Shown here in pieces: positions 10,024-18,203 of a stretch of DNA of 64,000 nucleotides (the first letter of the stretch is position 1; every line of letters begins with the position of its first letter). Under the pieces are notes generated by a model. It had not been told where the DNA came from and made no database searches. It was given only the letters and a program-made list of their open reading frames with translations. Origin of the DNA: Oscillospiraceae bacterium (GTDB taxonomy: Bacteria; Bacillota; Clostridia; Oscillospirales; QAMX01); NCBI GenBank assembly GCA_015067705.1, contig SVLW01000010.1:2434-66433 (forward strand), given 5' to 3'. Position numbers and translations under genes: made by a program.

Positions 10024-10409
10024 GGTAGTGTCTCCTTTCAGACAAGTGTTTCCTTTTTGGATTTCCCTCGTACAGTTATCATTTTAGGAGCGCCATGTGA
10101 AATCGAAAATACAAGGAATGTGAAATCCAGGTAAAATAACGCCGCCAAAGGCGAGCACACACTCTCCCTTGGCGGCGTTACATTTCCGTTAGTCTAATGG
10201 TTTCTACTCCGTCACTGTTTTCAGATACGGCAAATCTGCCTTCGAAAGCATAGATGATCGACTAATACCCATTTGGTGGAGGCGACACGTTGATGTGGAT
10301 CTGCTTGTCCCGGGAAGAATGGATCGCGCAGCGAGGATCGGTATATCGCACGGGATGGGTAGAATACGGGAAAATCTGGACCCTTCTGCGATGACATCAC
10401 CCAAGAAAA

Positions 10410-10437
10410 AAGCGATGTGGGTTCGTTCCACATCGCT
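10410..10437 (-). terminator. Intrinsic terminator (minus strand)
   Basis: Stem AGCGATGTGG/CCACATCGCT with a 7-nt loop. On the minus strand it is followed by TTTTTTCTT. It lies about 165 nt downstream of the DUF134 gene. Confidence 0.6.
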
Positions 10438-10600
10438 CTATTAACAGTTATTTAAGTAGTTGGCGCATAATTTCTCGCACAACCGGATAATCTCGTACCA
10501 CCGTAAATGTCCGGCAAGGTCAATGCCAACGCAGACTGCCATCGCCCATCGGCTTAAGGCTGGCATCTCCCTGCATTATTTGCCCCTCCAAAAGAAAAAA

Positions 10601-10903
10601 TCAATCCTCTTCGCCGCAAACCCAGAAGTCTCCGCCCTCAATTCTAAGAGGACGCCCTTCCACAAGACTGTCGGCCATCTTTTTTCTTGCATTGTTGTAG
10701 ATGCGCTGTACAGTAGTCCGTGCCACTTGCATATACATACCGCACACTTCCTGGCTAAAACCCTCTTTGTCAATCAGACGAACCGCTTCATATTCATCGA
10801 CCGTCAGAACAACAGGGAGCTTCTCTTCCCTTGCTGGAACCGGTACAAACGCTTTTACCTCAGGAAGCTTACACACCCGTCTGCTCTTGATCCGTCTCGA
10901 CAT
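10601..10903 (-). CDS. DUF134/UPF0251 family small DNA-binding protein
   Basis: Typical 'KLPEVKAF.P', 'LTVDEYEA.RL.D.EG.SQEE.A..M.VSR.TV.R.Y..ARKK.A' pattern and about 100 aa. Confidence 0.75.
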   Translation of the reverse strand: MSRRIKSRRVCKLPEVKAFVPVPAREEKLPVVLTVDEYEAVRLIDKEGFSQEVCGMYMQVARTTVQRIYNNARKKMADSLVEGRPLRIEGGDFWVCGEED

Positions 10904-10930
10904 AAAAATACCCCTACTCCGTTTCTATTC

Positions 10931-10999
10931 CCATTATACCGCCCTTTATGGGCATATGTCAACAATCTAATTGACATATGCCCATAAAGCAGATATAAT
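10931..10999. promoter_or_regulatory. Back-to-back divergent consensus promoters embedded in a perfect 19-bp inverted repeat
   Basis: Arms 10944-10962 CTTTATGGGCATATGTCAA and 10971-10989 TTGACATATGCCCATAAAG, separated by an 8-bp spacer. Plus strand: TTGACA(10971)-17 nt-TATAAT(10994). Minus strand: TTGACA(10962-10957)-18 nt-TATAAT(10938-10933). Confidence 0.6.
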
Positions 11000-11023
11000 G
11001 ATGTTTGGTAAGGAGGGGACAAT

Positions 11024-11683
11024 ATGAACTTCCAAGATTACTTTCCCATATGGAGCAAACTGAGCACGATTCAGCAGAACAGATTATCCGAAGCTTTGAT
11101 CACCAAAACGACCGCCAAAGGAACGATGATTCATAATGGCGGCACGGACTGTACCGGTCTGCTTCTGGTGAAATCCGGTCAGCTCCGGGCATACATTCTT
11201 TCAGACGAGGGCCGTGAGATCACCATCTATCGTCTGTTTGACCGGGATATGTGTTTGTTCTCCGCCTCCTGCATCATGCGCTCCATTCAGTTTGATGTGA
11301 CCATCGAAGCAGAGAAGGACACCGAACTTTGGATGATTCCCTCCGAGATTTATCAAAATCTGATGTCCGAATCCGCACCGGTGGCCAATTACACCAATGA
11401 GTTGATGGCTGCCCGCTTCTCGGATGTCATGTGGCTGATCGAACAGATCATGTGGAAAAGCCTGGATAAGCGGGTTGCGGCCTTTTTGCTGGAGGAAGCT
11501 TCCATTGAAGGAACTGACAGGTTGAAAATCACCCACGAATCCATTGCCAACCATCTCGGCTCCCACCGGGAGGTCATCACCCGGATGCTCCGCTACTTCC
11601 AGAATGAAGGTATGGTCAAACTGTCCCGGGGCGTTGTGGAAATCACTGACACAGCGAAACTGAGAGAATTAAGCGAACAATAA
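11024..11683 (+). CDS. Crp/Fnr family transcriptional regulator
   Basis: N-terminal cNMP-binding-like beta-barrel and a C-terminal HTH 'THESIANHLGSHREVITRMLRYFQNEG'. Confidence 0.85.
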   Translation: MNFQDYFPIWSKLSTIQQNRLSEALITKTTAKGTMIHNGGTDCTGLLLVKSGQLRAYILSDEGREITIYRLFDRDMCLFSASCIMRSIQFDVTIEAEKDTELWMIPSEIYQNLMSESAPVANYTNELMAARFSDVMWLIEQIMWKSLDKRVAAFLLEEASIEGTDRLKITHESIANHLGSHREVITRMLRYFQNEGMVKLSRGVVEITDTAKLRELSEQ

Positions 11684-11904
11684 GCAAATGTCCGCCGCTG
11701 CAGCCGCAGCGGCGGACATTTTTCTGTTCTCAGGCAATTTCGGCAAACCGATAACCGGCATGTCAATTTCCTCCTTCTGAGAGAAATTTGCTTTCTGATC
11801 ACACGATATCGGAATGGGAGGATATTTTCCGTGATGACATCACCGTTTCCCAACAAAAAACCACGCTCTCCGAACTTCGGAAAGCGTGGTCGCTGGTTGA
11901 CGGC

Positions 11905-13593
11905 TTACTTGTCCATGCCGCAGGCAAAGGATGCTTCGATCAATGCCCGGTCATTCATCAACGCATCATAGAACCGGAAGCCACCGGCAAAATTGTATGC
12001 TTCAAAGCCATACCCCTCCAGAATCCGGGTGGCAATATAACTGCGCAGACCGCTCTGGCAGATGACATAGACGGGTTTTCCGGCTTCGATCTCCCCGATC
12101 CGTTCCCGCAGTTCATCCACCGGGATATTCCGGAAGCCATCGATATGTCCCCGGCTGTACTCCTCCACCGTCCGGGTATCCAGCAGCGTCACACTGCCGT
12201 CCCGGGGCAGCATGGCGGCATCGGCCAGATGCCACTGCTTCAAACCCTTGGAGATATTATCGATCATGAAGCCCACCATATTCACCGGGTCCTTGGCGGA
12301 GGAGTAAGGCGGCGCATAGGCAAGATCCAGATCTTTCAGTTCCGTTGCCTTCATACCGGCATGGATGGCAGTTGCCAGCACATCGATGCGCTTATCCACA
12401 CCATCATAGCCCACGATCTGAGCGCCCAGTAGACGATAGGTTTCCTTTTCAAAGACCACCTTCATGGTCATCAGCTTGCCGCCGGGGTAATAGCCCGCGT
12501 GGCTCATAGGAGAAAGGATCACGGTGTCCACATCCAACCCGGATTTTCGGGCGTTGGTTTCGTTGATGCCGGTGGTGGCTGCAGTCATGTCAAATATCTT
12601 GATCACGCTGCTGCCCTGGCTGCCTGCGTAACGGCTGTCGCCGCCGCAGATATTGTCCGCCGCAATTCTTCCCTGCTTGTTGGCCGGGCCGGCAAGAGCA
12701 ATCAGCGCATCCGCTCCGGTGACATAGTGCTTTACCTGCACCGCATCGCCAACCGCATAGATGTCGGGGACGGAAGTCTCCATCCGATCGTTTACCAGAA
12801 TACTGCCCTTGACACCAAGCGCCAGACCGGCATCTTTCGCAAGGGTGGATTCAGGGCTGACACCGATGGCGAGGATCACCATATCGGCATGAAGCGGAGC
12901 ATTGTCATTTAACAGCACATCTATGCCGTCCTCTTTTTCTTCAAAACCCTTCACAGCATTCCCCAGAGCCAGCTTGACGCCGTGTTTTCTCATCTCTGCA
13001 TGAATGAAAGCAGCCATGTCCGCATCAAAAGGACTCATCAACTGTTTACTCAATTCGACAACCGTCACATCCATACCCAGCTCCCGCAGGTTTTCCGCCA
13101 GCTCAACACCAATGAAACCGCCGCCAACCATCACGGCAGACTTTGGTTTCCGGTGATCCACAAATTCCTTGATCCGGAACGTGTCCTCCACAGTTCGTAA
13201 GGTAAACAGCCTGTCACTATCCATCCCCGGGAGGCCCGGCCATACAGGCTTTGCGCCAGGAGAAAGAAGAAGCTTATCATAATGCTCTTCCAATTCTTCG
13301 CCGGTTTCCAGATTCTTTACGGACACGGTCTTTCTGTCAGGATGAATTGCGGTAACCTCATGCCGCACCTTCATGTGGATGCGAAAACGAGAGAGGAAGC
13401 TCTCCGGGGTCTGGAGTGTCAGATCTTCGGGATCTTCAATGACACCGCCGATATAGTACGGCAGACCACAGTTGGCATAGGAAATATAGCCCGACCGCTC
13501 GAACACAACGATTTCAGCCTGCTCATTCAGTCTGCGGATTCTTGCTGCCGCAGTGGCTCCGCCTGCCACGCCGCCTACGATCACAACTTTCAT
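11905..13593 (-). CDS. CoA-disulfide reductase family flavoprotein fused to a C-terminal rhodanese domain (persulfide/polysulfide reductase-like)
   Basis: FAD fold 'VVIVGGVAGGATAAAR', redox Cys 'SYANCGLPYY', NAD fold 'VGGGFIGVE', C-terminal rhodanese loop 'VICQSGLRS'. The start was set at the ATG at 13593. Confidence 0.85.
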   Translation of the reverse strand: MKVVIVGGVAGGATAAARIRRLNEQAEIVVFERSGYISYANCGLPYYIGGVIEDPEDLTLQTPESFLSRFRIHMKVRHEVTAIHPDRKTVSVKNLETGEELEEHYDKLLLSPGAKPVWPGLPGMDSDRLFTLRTVEDTFRIKEFVDHRKPKSAVMVGGGFIGVELAENLRELGMDVTVVELSKQLMSPFDADMAAFIHAEMRKHGVKLALGNAVKGFEEKEDGIDVLLNDNAPLHADMVILAIGVSPESTLAKDAGLALGVKGSILVNDRMETSVPDIYAVGDAVQVKHYVTGADALIALAGPANKQGRIAADNICGGDSRYAGSQGSSVIKIFDMTAATTGINETNARKSGLDVDTVILSPMSHAGYYPGGKLMTMKVVFEKETYRLLGAQIVGYDGVDKRIDVLATAIHAGMKATELKDLDLAYAPPYSSAKDPVNMVGFMIDNISKGLKQWHLADAAMLPRDGSVTLLDTRTVEEYSRGHIDGFRNIPVDELRERIGEIEAGKPVYVICQSGLRSYIATRILEGYGFEAYNFAGGFRFYDALMNDRALIEASFACGMDK

Positions 13594-13594
13594 G

Positions 13595-13915
13595 TTATCT
13601 TTCCACCTTTCCGGAATAGGCGGCAATACCGCCGATATTTTGAACATTGGTATATCCCATCCGCTGCAGCATAGCGGTTGCCTGACGGCTTCTGCCGCCT
13701 GAATAGCAGTAAACAAACAGTGGGATATTCTGATTGTCCGCTATAGAGCTTATTTTGTCAAGCTGCTGCAGCGGCACATTTTTGCTGCCGGGAATATGAC
13801 CTTCCCGGTATTCCTGGGGCGTGCGTACATCCAAAAGGGTCGCTCCGTTGGTATTACGATACTCCATAACGCCCTGATTGATGTCAGGCTGTTTCAAAAA
13901 ATCGAAGAATCCCAT
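13595..13915 (-). CDS. Single-domain rhodanese (sulfurtransferase)
   Basis: Active-site loop 'VYCYSGGRSRQA', 106 aa. The stop lies 1 nt from the downstream start. Confidence 0.85.
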   Translation of the reverse strand: MGFFDFLKQPDINQGVMEYRNTNGATLLDVRTPQEYREGHIPGSKNVPLQQLDKISSIADNQNIPLFVYCYSGGRSRQATAMLQRMGYTNVQNIGGIAAYSGKVER

Positions 13916-13927
13916 TTCTTTGCCTCC

Positions 13928-14233
13928 TTAAAGCATCGCAAGAATTGCGTCCTTGGGTCTTGCTCCCATAGCCTGATTGACGATTTTCCCGTTTTCCATT
14001 ACCACCAGCGTGGGAATACTCATAATCTGGAACAGAGCTGCCAGCTCCGGATTTTCATCCACATTGATTTTGCCGACTTTGATATCGGGACGCTCCTTTG
14101 CGATCTCCTCTACCATAGGAGCTACGATGCGGCAAGGGCCGCACCAGGGTGCCCAGAAGTCCAGCAGAACAGGCTTGTCGGAATTGATCACTTCGCTTTG
14201 GAAGTTATGGTTGTTGATATTGATAGCTGCCAT
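13928..14233 (-). CDS. trxA: Thioredoxin
   Basis: 'FWAPWCGPC' active site, 101 aa. Confidence 0.92.
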   Translation of the reverse strand: MAAININNHNFQSEVINSDKPVLLDFWAPWCGPCRIVAPMVEEIAKERPDIKVGKINVDENPELAALFQIMSIPTLVVMENGKIVNQAMGARPKDAILAML

Positions 14234-14472
14234 TCGTCAGCCCTCCTTGTTTTTCTTGATGGCCTTATTATAACAGGGAGAAAGCGGGGCTTCCGTGATG
14301 TTATCACACACCGAAGAAAGAGGACGCGCTTGCCTTTTATTATAGGCAGGGGTTCCTGCCCGATCGATCCTACACCGCCGGTCACCCCACAAATTCTCCC
14401 CGCTTTCCCGCTTTACATTCCGACCGATCTCGACTATACTGTTACTAATACGCGGGAAAGGAACCACACGTT

Positions 14473-15876
14473 ATGCCTGAGAAAAAGAGCTTCCCCTGGT
14501 GGGATTTTATCCGAAGGATCGCGGTGATTGCGGTGCCGGTGGCGCTGCAGAACCTTTTGACCACCACCGGATCCATGGTGGACACCATTATGATCGCCCC
14601 GCTGGGCGAGACCACGGTGGGCGCGGTGGGTCTGTGTGCCCAGTTCACGTCTTTGATGTTCAGTTGTTACTGGGGCTTTGTGGGCGGCGGCATGCTGTTC
14701 TTCAGCCAGTATTGGGGCGCGAAGGACGACGCGGGCATCGACCGTTCCTACGGCATCACCATCACCTTCATGATGATCGTTGCGCTGACCTTTGCCTGTC
14801 TGGGCACGCTGGCGCCGGAGTGGGTCATGACGGTCTATACGGATAAGGAATCGATCCGGCGCATCGGCGCGGATTATCTGCGGGTGGTGGGCTTTGCCTA
14901 TCCCTTCCAGATCCTCTCCATGGGCATGAGCGCGCTTCTGCGCTCTACCGAGCGGGTGCGTATCCCCTTCTATGCGGCCATCGCGTCGGTTCTCACCAAT
15001 ATGATGCTGAACTGGGTGCTGATTTACGGCCGCTTCGGTCTGCCTGCCATGGGCGTGCAGGGCGCGGCGCTGGCCACGGTGATCGCCGCCGTCGTGAACG
15101 CCAGTGTGATTCTTCTGCTGGCGAAAGTTCAGAAATACCCTTATCTCTTCCACTTCCGGGATCATTTCCGCTGGAACCGCGCCGCGGTGAAGCTGTATCT
15201 CCAGCGCTGTTTCCCCATTATCTGCAACGAAGCCTTCATCGGCGTGGCCATCATGATCACCAATATGGTGCTGGGCCGCCAGAGCGAGGAGGCCATCGCC
15301 GCCACGGCGGTATTCCGCACGCTGGAGGGTCTTGTCATCGGATTCTTCGCCGGATTCTCCAATGCCGCCTCGGTTCTCGTGGGCAAGTGTGTGGGCGCCG
15401 GCGAACTGGACACCGCCTACGAGCGGGCCAAGCGTCTGGTGCTGCTCTGCGGCAGCTGCATTTTATGCGTCTGCGTGACGCTTTTCCTGGTGCACAAGCC
15501 GGTTCTCACCATCATGTCCCTCTCCGGAGAGAGTCTGCGCATCGGCGCGGGACTTCTGGCCATCTACTGCGTGGCCGCGGTGATCCGGATGTGCAACTGG
15601 ACCATGAACGACACCTACCGCGCTGCCGGCGACGCCACCACCGGCACGGTGCTGGAGATCTCCTTCATGTATGCCATGGTGCTGCCCTGCGTCTGCCTCA
15701 GCGGTCTGGTGTTCCGTCTGCCCTATCTTTTGATCTTTGCCTGCTGCTATATTGACGAGCCCATCCGGTTCATCCTCATGCAGCGGCATATGTACTCCGG
15801 CAAGTGGGTGCGCCCTGTCACGCCGGAAGGACAGGCCGCCCTGCCCGCCTTCCGCCGGGCAAGAGCAAAGCGATGA
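14473..15876 (+). CDS. MATE family efflux transporter
   Basis: About 12 TM segments, N-terminal 'PVALQNLL...VDTIM' MatE signature, duplicated halves. Confidence 0.82.
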   Translation: MPEKKSFPWWDFIRRIAVIAVPVALQNLLTTTGSMVDTIMIAPLGETTVGAVGLCAQFTSLMFSCYWGFVGGGMLFFSQYWGAKDDAGIDRSYGITITFMMIVALTFACLGTLAPEWVMTVYTDKESIRRIGADYLRVVGFAYPFQILSMGMSALLRSTERVRIPFYAAIASVLTNMMLNWVLIYGRFGLPAMGVQGAALATVIAAVVNASVILLLAKVQKYPYLFHFRDHFRWNRAAVKLYLQRCFPIICNEAFIGVAIMITNMVLGRQSEEAIAATAVFRTLEGLVIGFFAGFSNAASVLVGKCVGAGELDTAYERAKRLVLLCGSCILCVCVTLFLVHKPVLTIMSLSGESLRIGAGLLAIYCVAAVIRMCNWTMNDTYRAAGDATTGTVLEISFMYAMVLPCVCLSGLVFRLPYLLIFACCYIDEPIRFILMQRHMYSGKWVRPVTPEGQAALPAFRRARAKR

Positions 15877-15928
15877 GCGCACCCCGCACTATTCTGATAA
15901 AGCGCTAAAACTTTTTTCAATTTCCCAC

Positions 15929-15957
15929 TTGCATTTTCTAAATGACCGGTGTAGAAT
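15929..15957 (+). promoter_or_regulatory. SigA-type promoter of the aro leader
   Basis: TTGCAT(15929)-17 nt-TAGAAT(15952) with TG just upstream of the -10 element. Confidence 0.5.
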
Positions 15958-15989
15958 GAGCTTACACTTTTTCAGGAAGGAGAGCAGTC

Positions 15990-16049
15990 ATGACCATTCC
16001 GTTTGCATACTTCTATTATTATCTGTCAAGGGCTGCCCGCATCCTGTGA
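15990..16049 (+). CDS. Candidate leader peptide MTIPFAYFYYYLSRAARIL (Tyr/Phe-rich)
   Basis: SD GGAAGGAG lies 5-6 nt upstream. It has 19 codons, with 4 Tyr and 2 Phe within residues 5-11. Hairpins and a terminator follow it, ahead of DAHP synthase. Confidence 0.55.
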   Translation: MTIPFAYFYYYLSRAARIL

Positions 16050-16097
16050 AGTCCGAGAGAACGCCATAGATTCTCTCGCCAAACCACAAATTGGACA

Positions 16098-16150
16098 GTC
16101 CGTATTCGTCGTGCCATTTTACTGCAAACGAATGCGGACTTTTCTTTTTC
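16098..16150 (+). terminator. Intrinsic terminator (attenuator) in the aro leader
   Basis: 12-bp stem GTCCGTATTCGT/ACGAATGCGGAC with one G-U pair, followed by TTTTCTTTTTC. It ends 33 nt before the DAHP synthase ATG. Confidence 0.65.
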
Positions 16151-16182
16151 CCCGAACCATTTCACGAAAGAAGGCATCCCAT

Positions 16183-17211
16183 ATGCACATGACCATCCAC
16201 AGAAAGCTTCCGGAACCCCAGGAAGTCAAAAAAGAATTCCCGTTAAGCGAACGCATGGCACAGGAGAAGGCAGAGCGCGACCGGCGCATCTGCGCCGTGT
16301 TCGACGGCCACAGCGACCAGTTTCTTCTGATCATCGGCCCCTGCTCCGCCGATCACAGCGAGCCCGTGCTGGAATATATTGCAAGACTCCGCAGAATCCA
16401 GGAACAGGTGGCGGAGAAGATCATCCTCATTCCCCGCATCTACACCAATAAGCCCCGCACCACCGGACAGGGTTATAAGGGCATGCTGCACCAGCCCGAT
16501 CCGGAGGCAAAGCCGGATATGTACCGCGGTCTTGTCTCCATTCGGGAGCTGCATCTGGCCGCGCTGCGAGATTATGGCTTCTCCTGCGCCGACGAAATGC
16601 TCTATCCGGAGAACTACGAATACCTCTCGGATCTCCTCTCTTATCATGCCGTGGGCGCCCGGTCGGTCGAGAACCAACAGCATCGCCTCACCGCCAGCGG
16701 CATCGAGGTGCCTGTAGGCATGAAGAACCCCACCGGCGGCGACCTGGGTGTGATGATGAACTCCATCGTGGCGGCCCAGTCCGGTCACACCTTCCTCTAC
16801 CGGGGATGGGAAGTCACCAGCGCCGGCAACCCCTATGCCCACGCGATCCTCCGCGGCTATACGGACTACAGCGGCAGAAACGTGTCGAACTACCATTACG
16901 AGGATCTTCTGCGGGTGGAGGAGCTTTATGAGAAATCCAATCTCACAAACCCCTCCGTCATCGTGGACACCAACCACAGCAATTCCGGCAAGCAGTATTT
17001 AGAGCAGATCCGCATCGCCAAGGACATCGTTCACAGCCGCAACCAGAACGCCACCATCCGCCGTCTGGTGAAGGGCCTCATGATCGAGAGCTATCTGGAG
17101 GACGGCGCACAGAGCGCCGGGGAGCATGTCTTCGGCAAATCCATCACGGATCCTTGCCTCGGATGGGAAAAGACCGAGCGCCTGATCCTGGATCTGGCGG
17201 AAAAATTATAA
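16183..17211 (+). CDS. 3-deoxy-7-phosphoheptulonate (DAHP) synthase, class I
   Basis: 'LLIIGPCS', 'RIYTNKPRTT..GYKGM', 'VGARSVENQQHR', 'GMKNPTGG'. The start was set at the ATG at 16183, after the terminator. Confidence 0.85.
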   Translation: MHMTIHRKLPEPQEVKKEFPLSERMAQEKAERDRRICAVFDGHSDQFLLIIGPCSADHSEPVLEYIARLRRIQEQVAEKIILIPRIYTNKPRTTGQGYKGMLHQPDPEAKPDMYRGLVSIRELHLAALRDYGFSCADEMLYPENYEYLSDLLSYHAVGARSVENQQHRLTASGIEVPVGMKNPTGGDLGVMMNSIVAAQSGHTFLYRGWEVTSAGNPYAHAILRGYTDYSGRNVSNYHYEDLLRVEELYEKSNLTNPSVIVDTNHSNSGKQYLEQIRIAKDIVHSRNQNATIRRLVKGLMIESYLEDGAQSAGEHVFGKSITDPCLGWEKTERLILDLAEKL

Positions 17212-17236
17212 GAATCCATAAAAAGGGGAAATACTC

Positions 17237-18094
17237 ATGATCGTAGATATCTCAAAACGGATTTTGATCGTCGGCCTGGGCTTACTCGGCGGCAGCTATG
17301 CCCGGGTCTTAAGGCGCTTTGGCTTCCCGATCAGCGCCATCACGCTGGAACAGCGGGACATCGACTACGCCATCCGGGAGGGCATCATTGACGAGGGCTC
17401 CACCCAGCCCGACCCGGAGCTGGTCGGCGCGGCGGATCTCATCGTGTTCGCCCTGTATCCCCATACGTTTGTTGAATGGATCGAACAGTATCAGGGTCTT
17501 TTCAAAAGCGGGGCCCTGATCACGGACGTCACCGGCGTCAAGGGCAGCATCGTCTATCGCATCCAGGGGATGCTGCGGCCGGATGTGGAGTTCATCGCGG
17601 CCCATCCCATGGCGGGCCGGGAGGTGTCCGGCGTGGAGAACAGCACCGACCGGATGTTCTCGGGCGCCAACTACATCGTCACGCCCACAGCGCGCAACAC
17701 CCCCGAGGCCATCGAAACCTGTATGGAGCTGGGGCGGCTTCTGGGCTTTTCCCATGTGGCCACGCTGTCCCCGGAGGAGCACGACGAGATGATCGGCTTC
17801 CTCTCCCAGTTGACCCACTGCATCGCCATCACGCTGATGACCTGCAACGACAAGGAGCACATGGAGCAGTTCACCGGCGACTCCTTCCGGGATCTGACCC
17901 GCATCGCCCGGATCAACGACCTGATGTGGAGCGAGCTCTTCCTGGAAAACAAGTCCGCGCTTTTGGAGCAGATGGATCTCTTCCTTACCCAGTTTACCCG
18001 TCTGAAAACCATGCTGGAGGAAGAGGACGTGGAGGGCATGCGGGCGATGATGCGCCACTCCACCGAGAGAAGGGCGCTTTTTGACAAGAAATAA
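17237..18094 (+). CDS. tyrA: Prephenate dehydrogenase
   Basis: Rossmann motif 'ILIVGLGLLGGS', 'HPMAGRE', 'SPEEHDEMIGFLSQLTH'. Confidence 0.85.
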   Translation: MIVDISKRILIVGLGLLGGSYARVLRRFGFPISAITLEQRDIDYAIREGIIDEGSTQPDPELVGAADLIVFALYPHTFVEWIEQYQGLFKSGALITDVTGVKGSIVYRIQGMLRPDVEFIAAHPMAGREVSGVENSTDRMFSGANYIVTPTARNTPEAIETCMELGRLLGFSHVATLSPEEHDEMIGFLSQLTHCIAITLMTCNDKEHMEQFTGDSFRDLTRIARINDLMWSELFLENKSALLEQMDLFLTQFTRLKTMLEEEDVEGMRAMMRHSTERRALFDKK

Positions 18095-18203
18095 GCCTCC
18101 CGCCCCGGAACTTCCGTTTTTTGCCAGATTCCATTTGCTTTTTCCCGTTTTTTGTGCTAGTCTGAGAATAAGAACCAAGCATCCGGAAAAGGAGAATACC
18201 GCT

